Assembly: GCA_964016885.1 (NCBI GenBank)
Contig: OZ024764.1
Coordinates: 806,001 to 870,000, forward strand
Source: Eledone cirrhosa
Taxonomy: Eukaryota
Direction of reading: 5' to 3'
DNA: 64,000 nt
Position numbers and translations under genes: made by a program
The notes under the pieces: generated by a model
The model's database searches: none
Told to the model about the DNA's origin: nothing
Seen by the model: the letters and a program-made list of their open reading frames with translations, nothing else
Shown: positions 1 through 10,799 of the stretch, one piece after another
Layout: every line of letters begins with the position of its first letter
Numbering within the stretch: the first letter of the stretch is position 1

Positions 1-24
1 ATATTTATTTATAAAACAAATCTA

Positions 25-90
25 TATTTTATCTGATGAACGTGCACCATAATTTGCCTTGGTTGCCCTTGAAATATGTATAATGAAATA
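25..90 (+). ncRNA. Minimal hammerhead motif in a Penelope-like repeat
   Basis: TATTTTAT-CTGATGA-(imperfect stem II)-GAAA-TATGTA-TA-ATGAAATA. Same repeat family as the copies near 37540, 40912 and 63560. Confidence 0.55.
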
Positions 91-128
91 AATATGGTTT
101 TATAAATATAGTTTCCATTTATTAATAT

Positions 129-173
<45 letters not shown>

Positions 174-223
174 CGATACAGTTCGACTGACGGTGTCAAA
201 TATTTACGTATGTGTGTATGTGT

Positions 224-1675
224 GATCATCATCACTGTTTTACGTCCGTTCTTCCACGCTAGCATGGGTTAGACGGGTTGTCCTGTTGTGGGCAGTGTCC
301 AGTCGGCTGACCTTGTCTTGCTCATACGGGAACTGATTCTGGCTTGATCTCTACAGCTGGATGCCCTTCCTAACACCAACCTCATTTACAGTGAGTGCTG
401 GGTGCTTTTTTGCTGTGGCGCCTCCACGACCACTTTACAGTGTGGGCTGGGTGCTTTTTTGCTGTGGCACCTCCACGACCACTTTACAGTGTGGGCTGGG
501 TGCTTTTTTGCTGTGGCACCTCCACGACCACTTTACAGTGTGGGCTGGGTGCTTTTTTGCTGTGGCACCCCCACGACCACTTTACAGTGTGGGCTGGGTG
601 CTTTTTTGCTGTGGCACCTCCACGACCACTTTACAGTGTGGGCTGGGTGCTTTTTTGCAGTGGCACCTCCACGACCACTTTACAGTCTGGGCTGGGTGCT
701 TTTTTGCTGTGGCACCTCCACGACCACTTTACAGTGTGGGCCGGGTGCTTTTTTGCAGTGGCACCTCCACGACCACTCTACAGTGAGTGCTGGGTGCTTT
801 TTTGCCGTTGCGCCTCCACGACCACTTTATAGTGTGGGCTGGGTGCTTTTTTGCAGTGGCACCTCCACGACCACTTTACAGTGTGGGCCGGGTGCTTTTT
901 TGCAGTGGCACCTCCACGACCACTCTACAGTGAGTGCTGGGTGCTTTTTTGCCGTTGCGCCTCCACGACCACTTTATAGTGTGGGCTGGGTGCTTTTTTG
1001 CTGTGGCACCTCCACGACCACTTTACAGTGAGTGCTGGGTGCTTTTTTGCAGTGGCACCTCCACGACCACTTTACAGTGTGGGCTGGGTGCTTTTTTGCA
1101 GTGGCACCTCCACGACCACTTTACAGTGTGGGCTAGGTGCTTTTTTGCAGTGGCACCTCCACGACCACTTTACAGTCTGGGCTGGGTGCTTTTTTGCAGT
1201 GGCACCTCCACGACCACTTTACAGTGTGGGCTGGGTGCTTTTTTGCCGTGGCACCTCCACGACCACTTTACAGTGTGGGCTGGGTGCTTTTTTGCCGTGG
1301 CACCTCCACGACCACTTTACAGTGTGGGCTGGGTGCTTTTTTGCCGTGGCACCTCCACGACCACTTTGCAGTGGGAGGGGGTGGGGGCATATTGTCTATA
1401 TGCTTTAGCTTCGGGTCTTCTGTATTACTGCGTGACGCCAGAGGTCACGGTCCTGTGTTGAGAGGTGTAATTGGGCAAAGTCCGCCTTTATCACCTCATC
1501 CCAGGTCATCTTGGGTCTCCCCACTCCGCGGTTTCCATCAACTTCTAGTGCTCTGTACCTTTTTATGCAGCTGTCATCCTTCATACGCATCACATGGCCA
1601 TACCAGCACAACCGCCTCTCCTGCACACAGCATTTGATTCCTCTTATGCTCAGTCTCTCTCTCAATTCATTTATG

Positions 1676-1680
<5 letters not shown>
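224..1680 (-). mobile_element. RTE LINE 3' fragment with a 49-bp tandem array in its 3' UTR
   Basis: [12 protein letters not shown]...GRPKMTW remnant at 1405-1680 and a (CAT)n tail at about 224. Confidence 0.8.
385..1372. repeat. 49-bp minisatellite, about 20 copies
   Basis: Unit cactttacagtgtgggctgggtgcttttttgctgtggcacctccacgac. Confidence 0.95.
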
Positions 1681-1718
<38 letters not shown>

Positions 1719-1791
1719 ATATATATATATATATACACATATATCTATATATATATATATATATATACACATGTATATATATATATATAGA

Positions 1792-1844
<53 letters not shown>

Positions 1845-1899
1845 ATATATATATATATATATAGATATATATATGTGCATGTGTGTGTATATATATATA

Positions 1900-2120
1900 A
1901 GGGTGGTGGATTGGCAGTATCGGTGGAGGGTCGGACGCCATGCTTTGACGCATAGAGTTACGGCCCTTTATGATATGAGTTCAAATCCCGCCGAGGTTTA
2001 CTTTGCCTTTCATCTTTACGGGGGTCGATAAAATAAAGTACCAGTCACATACTGGGGTCGATTTAATCGACTTTCCCCTCCCCCCCAAAATTGCTGGCCT
2101 TGTGCCTATATAAGAAACAA
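1900..2120 (+). mobile_element. SINE family B; further copies at about 6375, 8250, 9341, 13253, 15106, 55260, 55405, 55604, 57815, 58211 and 62262
   Basis: B box GAGTTCAAATCC, core GCCTTTCATC...GGGGTCGATAAA and tail GGCCTTGTGCC..AGAAAC. Confidence 0.85.
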
Positions 2121-2139
2121 TATATATATATACACATAT

Positions 2140-3260
2140 CTTCGTAAAGACCTGAAGATCCATATCTTCATTGCTGTAGTGGAGTCTGTGCTGCTGTACG
2201 GGTCTGAGACTTGGACACTGACCAAGAAACTCACTCAGATGGTGGATGGGTGCTACACGAGAATGCTGAGGATGGCTCTGAACATTAATCAGTATACACT
2301 GAGGATGAAGAACCCAGAGCTGTAGGGGAGCCTCCCAAAAGTCAGCTCAAAAGTGACACAGAGGAGACTGAAGTTAGCTGGACATGCTCACCGACATCCA
2401 GAGTTGACACTGCACTCAGTGCTCCTGTTGGAGCCCCTGCATGGACATACTAGAAGAGGAAGACAGAGGTTAACTGGACATGCTCACCGACATCCAGAGT
2501 TGACACTGTACTCAGTGTTCCTGTGGGAGCCCCTGCATTGACACACTGGAAGAGGGAGACAGAGGTTAGCTGGACATGCTCACCGACATCCAGAGTTGAC
2601 ATTGCACTCAGTGCTCCTGTGGGAGCCCCTACATGGACACACTGGAAGAGGGAGACAGAGGTTAGCTGGACATGCTCACCGACATCCAGAGTTGACACTG
2701 TACTCAGTGCTCCTGTGGGAGCCCCTGCATTGACACACTGGAAGAGGGAGACAGAGGTTAGCTGGACATGCTCACCGACATCCAGAGTTGACATTGCACT
2801 CAGTGCTCCTGTGGGAGCCCCTACATGGACACACTGGAAGAGGGAGACAGAGGTTAGCTGGACATGCTCACCGACATCCAGAGTTGACACTGTACTCAGT
2901 GTTCCTGTGGGAGCCCCTGCATTGACACACTAGAAGAGGGAGACAGAGGTTAGCTGGACATGCTCACCGACATCCAGAGTTGACACTGCACTCAGTGCTC
3001 CTGTGGGAGCCCCTACATGGACACACTGGAAGAGGGAGACAGAGGTTAGCTGGACATGCTCACCGACATCCAGAGTTGACACTGTACTCAGTGCTCCTGT
3101 GGGAGCCCCTGCATTGACACACTGGAAGAGGAAGACCGAGGTTAACATATGTTGATGCCCTAAGGACAGACACTGGTCTGTTGGAGACGCAGGACATGGC
3201 AGCGATAATGAGGGACAGAGACCGCTGGAGAGAACTCGTCCATGAATCTCGGGAATTTTA

Positions 3261-3265
<5 letters not shown>
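2140..3265 (+). mobile_element. RTE-like LINE C-terminal fragment with an internal 96-bp tandem array (2373-3145, about 8 copies)
   Basis: ESVLLYGSETWTL...RRLKLAGH...MRDRDRWRE reading remnants with a 96-bp period. Confidence 0.75.
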
Positions 3266-3310
<45 letters not shown>

Positions 3311-3496
3311 ATGTGATATGTATATATACATATATACACACAGCACACTTATATGATGGCAATATTTAATGACAGAGACGAGAGCACCCTTTTAGGAGCA
3401 GTGTGCCTCAAATAACGTGGTTGATGGCTCATCTGAGATATAAAAACAAGGGTCGCAATAGTGGGAAGGGGTCAAAGTGAGGAATGAAAGGCTTAC

Positions 3497-3560
3497 CGTA
3501 TTCTATGTAGGAGTAGAAGGCCAGGGACAGGAGAACAGCTGTCAGTTGGAAGTTGAGGCC
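3497..3560 (-). CDS. PORCN: Porcupine exon ([21 protein letters not shown]); the gene continues beyond the window start
   Basis: tacag acceptor and gtaagc donor, 64 nt. Matches PORCN [21 protein letters not shown]. Confidence 0.93.
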
Positions 3561-3635
3561 CTGTAATATATGGACATATATATAGATATAGATATACATA
3601 TATATAGACATATAGACATACACATATATACATAC

Positions 3636-5710
3636 CTAGGCATTACTGTCAGCAGTGATTTGTGTTGGACAAAGCACGTCTCTAAGATTGTCAAGAAGGC
3701 CGAGGGTGTCTTAGCATCACTCAGCAAGACCTTTGTCAGCCGTTCTCCAGCTATCTATTTAAGGCTGTACGTGGCTATGGTGCGGCCACACTTAGAATTT
3801 GCATCACCAGTCTGGAACCCCTACCTTGCTCAGAACATTAACCTCCTGGAAACTGTACAGAGACGTGCAACCAAGTAAATACCCTCCATCAGGCATCTAC
3901 CATACTCTGAACACCTTACTTCCCTGGGTATGGATACATTGAAGCTCTGACGTCTGGCAACTGACTTGGTAAACACCCACAAAATTATTAACCATCTTGC
4001 CAACAACAACCCTGAGTACCTTTTTTTAATTCTATGTGTCTAACACACGTGGACATGCCTACAAAGTCAGAAAACAGCACAGCTCCCATGACTTTTGGAA
4101 ACATTTTTTCACGCTTAGAGTTGCTGAAGCATGGAACAAACTGCCTGCATCAGTTGTTAGCTGTCGAGACACTGCATCCTTTAAAACCTCCATGGAACAA
4201 ACTCCCTGCATCAGTTGTTAGCTGTCGAGACACTGCATCCTTTAAAACCTCCATGGAACAAACTACCTGCATCAGTTGTTAGCTGTCGAGACACTGCATC
4301 CTTTAAAACCTCCATGGAACAAACTCCCTGCATCAGTTGTTAGCTGTCGAGACACTGCATCTTTTAAAACCTCCATGGAACAAACTACCTGCATCAGTTG
4401 TTAGCTGTCGAGACACTGCATCCTTTAAAACCTCCATGGAACAAACTCCCTGCATCAGTTGTTAGCTGTTGACACACTGCATCCTTTAAAACCTCCATGG
4501 AACAAACTACCTGCATCAGTTGTTAGCTGTCGAGACACTGCATCCTTTAAAACCTCCATGGAACAAACTCCCTGCATCAGTTGTTAGCTGTCGAGACACT
4601 GCATCCTTTAAAACCTCCATGGAACAAACTACCTGCATCAGTTGTTAGCTGTTGACACACTGCATCCTTTAAAACCTCCATGGAACAAACTACCTGCATC
4701 AGTTGTTAGCTGTCGGGACACTGCATCCTTTAAAACCTCCATGGAACAAACTCCCTGCATCAGTTGTTAGCTGTCGAGACACTGCATCCTTTAAAACCTC
4801 CATGGAACAAACTACCTGCATCAGTTGTTAGCTGTTGACACACTGCATCCTTTAAAACCTCCATGGAACAAACTACCTGCATCAGTTGTTAGCTGTCGAG
4901 ACACTGCATCCTTTAAAACCTCCATGGAACAAACTACCTGCATCAGTTGTTAGCTGTTGACACACTGCATCCTTTAAAACCTCCATGGAACAAACTACCT
5001 GCATCAGTTGTTAGCTGTCGGGACACTGCATCCTTTAAAACCTCCATGGAACAAACTCCCTGCATCAGTTGTTAGCTGTCGAGACACTGCATCCTTTAAA
5101 ACCTCCATGGAACAAACTACCTGCATCAGTTGTTAGCTGTTGACACACTGCATCCTTTAAAACCTCCATGGAACAAACTACCTGCATCAGTTGTTAGCTG
5201 TCGAGACACTGCATCCTTTAAAACCTCCATGGAACAAACTACCTGCATCAGTTGTTAGCTGTTGACACACTGCATCCTTTAAAACCTCCATGGAACAAAC
5301 TACCTGCATCAGTTGTTAGCTGTCGGGACACTGCATCCTTTAAAACCTCCATGGAACAAACTCCCTGCATCAGTTGTTAGCTGTCGGGACACTGCATCCT
5401 TTAAAACCTCCATGGAACAAACTACCTGCATCAGTTGTTAGCTGTCGAGACACTGCATCCTTTAAAACCTCCATGGAACAAACTACCTGCATCAGTTGTT
5501 AGCTGTCGAGACACTGCATCCTTTAAAACCTCCATGGAACAAACTCCCTGCATCAGTTGTTAGCTCTCGAGACACTGCATCCTTTAAAACCCTCAAGCTT
5601 CCCGAAATTCGACAAAACTACACCTGATGTACCCCTTCCATACACATGCACACATGTGAATATCATGATTTATGCACTGTTCATTTTCCTGACGTTTGTA
5701 CGTTACCCTA
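3636..5710 (+). mobile_element. CR1-like LINE 3' fragment with a 60-bp tandem array (about 4130-5590, about 24 copies)
   Basis: LGITVSSDL..VRPHLEFASPVWNPY..VQRRATK..TRGHAYK..WNKLP motifs with stop codons. Confidence 0.85.
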
Positions 5711-6090
5711 TGTACTATACATACACTTTACGCCGGGATCATCTGCTCGAGGCCTGCCTCAGCCGAGCCCCCTCTGCCTACCTGTCATATGGAGCCCCGA
5801 GCATGCTCCTTGCTGCTGATACGGTCATACCCTCAGCTACTGGGGTCCAACAGGGCGACCCTTTGGGACCCCTCCTGTTCGCCCTTGGTATTGACCACAT
5901 CGCCCGGAGTATCACGGCCCCTCTCAACGTTTGGGTATCTGGATGATGCTACGTTGGGCGGGCCCCTACGGACTGTCTGCCATGACCTTCAATCTGTGTT
6001 TCCTGCCCTGGCGGGAATCGGCCTCCAGGTCAACTCGGCCAAGTCGGAGGGGGTGAATGTCAGCCTCGCTGTCCGCCGGGGCTAGGGGTG
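5711..6090 (+). mobile_element. Frameshifted RT fragment, CRE-like (RLE) non-LTR element
   Basis: GVQQGDPLGPLLFALGI and YLDDATLGG occur in adjacent frames. Confidence 0.6.
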
Positions 6091-7126
6091 GGCCCTATTG
6101 CGTATCATTTTTGTAAATATGACAACAGTTTATGATTTTACAAAAAAAATGATGTATTCAAATAAACCACGTTTGCCGTTGAGGGTGAAAGCAGCGATTC
6201 TTTGCTTAAACTTTAATCTGTTATTCTATAGTGTACCTCCGACATTATGGTCCTCGCTTTTCACAGAATTTTCCTCAGAACCTACCTAATTATCCGTAGA
6301 AACCACCGAATATTCGCAGAAGTGTAAATATCTTTGGCAATTTTTTTTATGGCTTTTTTCGTGGCAATATATGCTGAGGTTGACTTTGCCTTTCATCCTT
6401 ATGGGGTAGATAAAATAAAGTACCAGTAATGCACTGGGTAATTGCTGGCCTTGTGCCAAAAGTAGAATCAAATATATATATATTTAACACTAACTTATCA
6501 ACAACAATATACTGTATTGGCTGGCCTATTGGACGCCCCTTCGTATAAGACTCTCCCTCTTTTTTATTATATTTTACGTTATATTTTGACGTTTATAGAC
6601 ATCTTTATGGACCACGTCCAATATTTGCGGGTGCTCTAGGAACATAACCCCTGTGAACACCTGGGGACAACTGCATATATATATATAGACATACACATAT
6701 ACACACACACATATAGACATATATATATATATATAATTGTATTTTCACTGTCAACACTTTATCTCACATAATATCGAATCTATGAAATTTTGATGTTATC
6801 TATTTTGAGAATAATACCCTAACATCAGTATGAGTAGCAGCTTACAGCCGGTTTGAACAGAAAGAGGTGAGAGAATTCTGGCTGGTTTAAATGCTAAAAG
6901 GTTAAACCATTTACATAAAACATTAGGCCTCCATAGGTAAAAATACAGTGCTGGGAACTACGTGACCACATAGGGATACCTCATAGTATGACTTGTCAAA
7001 TATTTTAATAGGGTTTTAATATTTGTCAAAGATCAGTATTAGACAGATTGCCCTTTTTAAATACACTGAACACTTTTACAAATACTTCCCATATACTTAG
7101 GCATAAAGGATAAATAAAAATGCAGT

Positions 7127-7704
7127 TTAATCCTTTAGCATTTAAACTGGCCATATCCGGCCAGAATTCTCTCACCTGCTTCTGGTCAAACTGGAATGTA
7201 ACTGGTCACTCATACTGATGTTAAAGTATTTGTTCTCAAAATAAAAAATATTAAAATCCATAGATTTGATATTATGTGAGGTAAAGCCTTTACTGTGACA
7301 ATACAATAGTATATATAGAGTAATGTAAATGTTATGTGAGATATTATGTGAGGTAAAGCCTTTACTGTGAAAATACAATAGTATATATAGAGTAATGTAA
7401 ATGTTATGTGAGATATTATGTGAGGTAAAGCCTTTACTGTGAAAATACAATAATATATATAGAGTAATGTAAATGTTATGTGAGATATTATGTGAGGTAA
7501 AGCCTTTACTGTGAAAATACAATAATATATATAGAGTAATGTAAATGTTATGTGAGATGTTATGTGAGGTAAAGCCTTTACTGTGACAATACAATAGTAT
7601 ATATAGAGTAATGTAAATGTTATGTGAGGTATTATGTGAGGTAAAGCCTTTACTGTGAAAATACAATAATATATATAGAGTAATGTAAATGGTAAAGGGT
7701 TAAA
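7127..7704 (+). mobile_element. piggyBac-type MITE with an internal 60-bp array (about 7 copies)
   Basis: Ends TTAA-(C/T)CCTTTAGCATTT ... AAATGGTAAAGGG-TTAA. Related ends occur at about 6905, 7771, 14925, 29033, 35968 and 46674. Confidence 0.7.
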
Positions 7705-7941
7705 TACACCTGTTTCTTTCTATATAACCCCTACTGCATCCCAACAGGTAGCTTTAAATGCTGAGAAGGTGTAACCCTTTAGCATTTAAACCAGCCATAT
7801 CCAGCCAGAATTCTCTCATCTTTCTGTTCAAACCGGCTGCTCATACTGATGTTAAGGTACTGTTCACAAAATAACAAAATATCAAACTCTCATATATTTA
7901 GGTAGGTAGGTTGTTGAAATATAGTATAGTTGTAGACTTAC

Positions 7942-8018
7942 GTGCAACAAAGAACTGGCAGCATACGTGAGCAACACTGCGACAAAGTTACCAAGAGGCT
8001 GGGCTATTTTGAACACAT
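7942..8018 (-). CDS. PORCN: Porcupine exon with the catalytic His (Y-VFKIAQPLGNFVAVLLTYAASSLLH)
   Basis: ttttctaacag acceptor and gtaagt donor, 77 nt. TYAASSLLH matches PORCN TYAASALLH, which carries the MBOAT active-site His. Confidence 0.95.
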
Positions 8019-8109
8019 CTGTTAGAAAAGATTTAAAAAAATCCCAAACCAGGAGTTAGTATATTTCTGCTTGTCTTTTGTTCCACCTCTCTCTCTCATA
8101 CATAGATAT

Positions 8110-8144
<35 letters not shown>

Positions 8145-8155
8145 ATGTATATATA

Positions 8156-9334
8156 TCTAAACTATTATAAAGTAAGGAGTGCGGGACTGCGAACAGTTTA
8201 TAAATTTTTTATCCCCTTAGTAAAATAAGTTGGATTACTTTGAATAAATAATTGTTTCTACTTTAGGCACAAGGCCAGCAATTACCCAGTGCATTACTGG
8301 TACTTTATTTTATCAACCCCGTAAGGATGAAAGGCAAAGTCAACCTCGGCGGGATTTGAACTCAGATCGTAAAGGGACGTAACTCTATGCTGGAAAGCAT
8401 GGCGTCCGACCCTCTACCGATACCGCCAATCCACATAATGAATATTACATAATGTATCTACTAAATTTCGTGGCTGTTGATTAAATATATTTTATTGTTT
8501 ATTTAAAGATTCACTTTTTTAAAATTTTCAAATGTCAACACTTCCGGTTAGCGATCGCTTAAATAAATATTCTTATATTTCCGTCACTAATTTTCTCCTA
8601 ATGCAGTTTATATATAATATCATCTTATTTAATGTATCATGGATTACTTTACTGATTACATAAGACAGTGTAACACAGTCTCTCTTCAATTTCTGTGTAT
8701 ATTGTCAATTATGATTTTATTTGATGTATCATATCTACATGTATATATACTTGTGTATAATATCAATATACACACGACACATGTATCATATCTACATGTA
8801 TATATACTTGTGTATAATATCAATATACACACTACACATGTATTATATCTACATGTATATATACTTGTGTATAATATCAATATACACACTACACATGTAT
8901 TATATCTACATGTATATATACTTGTGTATAATATCAATATACACACTACACATGTATTATATCTACATGTATATATACTTGTGTATAATATCAATATACA
9001 CACTACACATGTATTATATCTACATGTATATATACTTGTGTATAATATCAATATACACACTACACATGTATTATATCTACATGTATATATACTTGTGTAT
9101 AATATCAATATACACACTACACATGTATTATATCTACATGTATATATACTTGTGTATAATATCAATATACACACTACACATGTATTATATCTACATGTAT
9201 ATATACTTGTGTATAATATCAATATACACACTACACATGTATTATATCTACATGTATATATATTTGTGTATAATATCAATATACACACTACACATGCTAG
9301 CAGAAGACCACCCGAAAGGTGGTTTTTCTGCTAG
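8156..9334 (+). mobile_element. Putative non-autonomous Helitron carrying a SINE B and a 57-bp array (8724-9295, about 10 copies)
   Basis: 5' TCTAAACTATTATAAAG and a 3' hairpin ACCACC/GGTGGT followed by CTAG|T. Homologous pieces lie on the minus strand at 56890-56945, 57570-57810 and 58440-58522. Confidence 0.55.
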
Positions 9335-9643
9335 TATATATAATTGTTTCTACTTTTGGCACAAGGTCAGCAATTACCCCAGTGTATTACTGGTACTTTA
9401 TTTTATCAACCCTGTAAAGATGAAAGGCAAAGTTAACCTCGGCGGGATTTGAACTCAGAATGGCAAGGGCCGTAACTCCATGCGTCAAAGCATGGCATCC
9501 GACCCTCTACCGATTCTGCCAATCCAACGATACTTGAATATTAATAATAACATTTGATTTGTTTGCAATAATGCAAGCAAGCCTCATTTTTAAAGCCTTG
9601 TCAATAGAATGAACCCCTCATTCTTGCTCTTGTGTTGACATGT

Positions 9644-9704
9644 AAACAGAACTGCAGACACTAATGTTTCTGGGTATCACCCTTCATCAGTACAGCTCAC
9701 TGTT
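9644..9704 (-). ncRNA. Type-I hammerhead ribozyme motif (GUC site), sense to PORCN
   Basis: GAGCTGTA-CTGATGA-A-GGGT(GAT)ACCC-A-GAAA-CA(TTAG)TG-TC-TGCAGTTC. Stems I, II and III all pair. Confidence 0.75.
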
Positions 9705-10028
9705 CACCTGCTCAAACTGTCAGAGCTAGTGAAAATATATGCTATTTTCTAAAATACACAGTGACTGATTGGCTTGATTTGCATATTAGCAGACTGGCTG
9801 ATCAGTCAGATCTGCATATTAGCAGATCCACTGATCAGCCAGATTTGCATATCAGCAGACTGGCCAGCCAGTTTCCTGTATACGAGAGATAAAAGGCTGG
9901 CTTTGCCAAATTCAAATAAAAAAAAAAGGGACGTAACTCTTTACTGCAAAGCATGGCATCTGACGCTCTACGATACTTCCAATCTACCACTCTAAGAAGA
10001 AGGCAAAGAAGATAATAATTAAGTAAAA

Positions 10029-10412
10029 GGAGGCACATGGCTTAGTGGTTAGCAATTGAAAGGTTGTGAGTTCAATTCTCAAACCGGGTGATGTGTCGTT
10101 TCCTTGAGCAAGACACTTTATTTCACATTGCTCCAGTTTACTCAGCTGTAGAAATGAGATGATAGGGACTGGGGTCCCTATCATTCCACTGCAAAGTGGT
10201 CGTGGAAGTGCCACGGCAAAAAAGCACCCAGCACTCACTGTAAATGAGGTTGGTGTTAGGAAGAGCATCCAGCTGTAGAAATCAAGCCAGAATCAGTTCC
10301 CGTCCCACCCTTGCAAGCAGGGAAAAGCGGACGTAAAATGATGATGATGATGATGGTGATGGTGGTGATGGTGATGACAATGATGGTGATGGTGGTGATG
10401 GTGATGGTGATG
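10029..10412 (+). mobile_element. tRNA-derived SINE with an RTE-type tail (family A)
   Basis: A box TGGCTTAGTGG, B box GAGTTCAATTC and tail GGACGTAAA(ATG)n. Confidence 0.85.
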
Positions 10413-10448
10413 AAAGACCATAGTTGTAAATATGGAGGCCGTACTCAC

Positions 10449-10549
10449 AGTTCTTGAGCCAGTGGTGCATCGGGACATTCCAGTTGGTGACTGTCTCAAC
10501 GAGGGAGCGGGGCAACTCTATATAGGACGGACGGGTGACATCAAAGTCC
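10449..10549 (-). CDS. PORCN: Porcupine exon (DFDVTRPSYIELPRSLVETVTNWNVPMHHWLKN-Y)
   Basis: MBOAT motif ELPRS..E.VT.WN.PM..WL..Y. cag and gtgagt borders, 101 nt. Confidence 0.95.
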
Positions 10550-10799
10550 CTGGTAACGACAAGAGGTGGTGGGGCTGAACATGGGTAGATAGGTAGGTAG
10601 GTAGAGGGTGGTAGGTAGGAGGGGGAGAGGGTGGCGAAGAGGAGAGGGTGGAGGGGGAGATGAGGCTGGTGGGTAGGTGGGAGTGGGAGAAGGTGGTGGG
10701 GATAGGTGGAGGGCAGGTGAGGGAGAAAAAGGGGTAGTTAGGTAGAGGGTTGCAGGTAGTGGTAGGGATGGAGGAGGTGTGTGTGGGGAAATACAAGCA

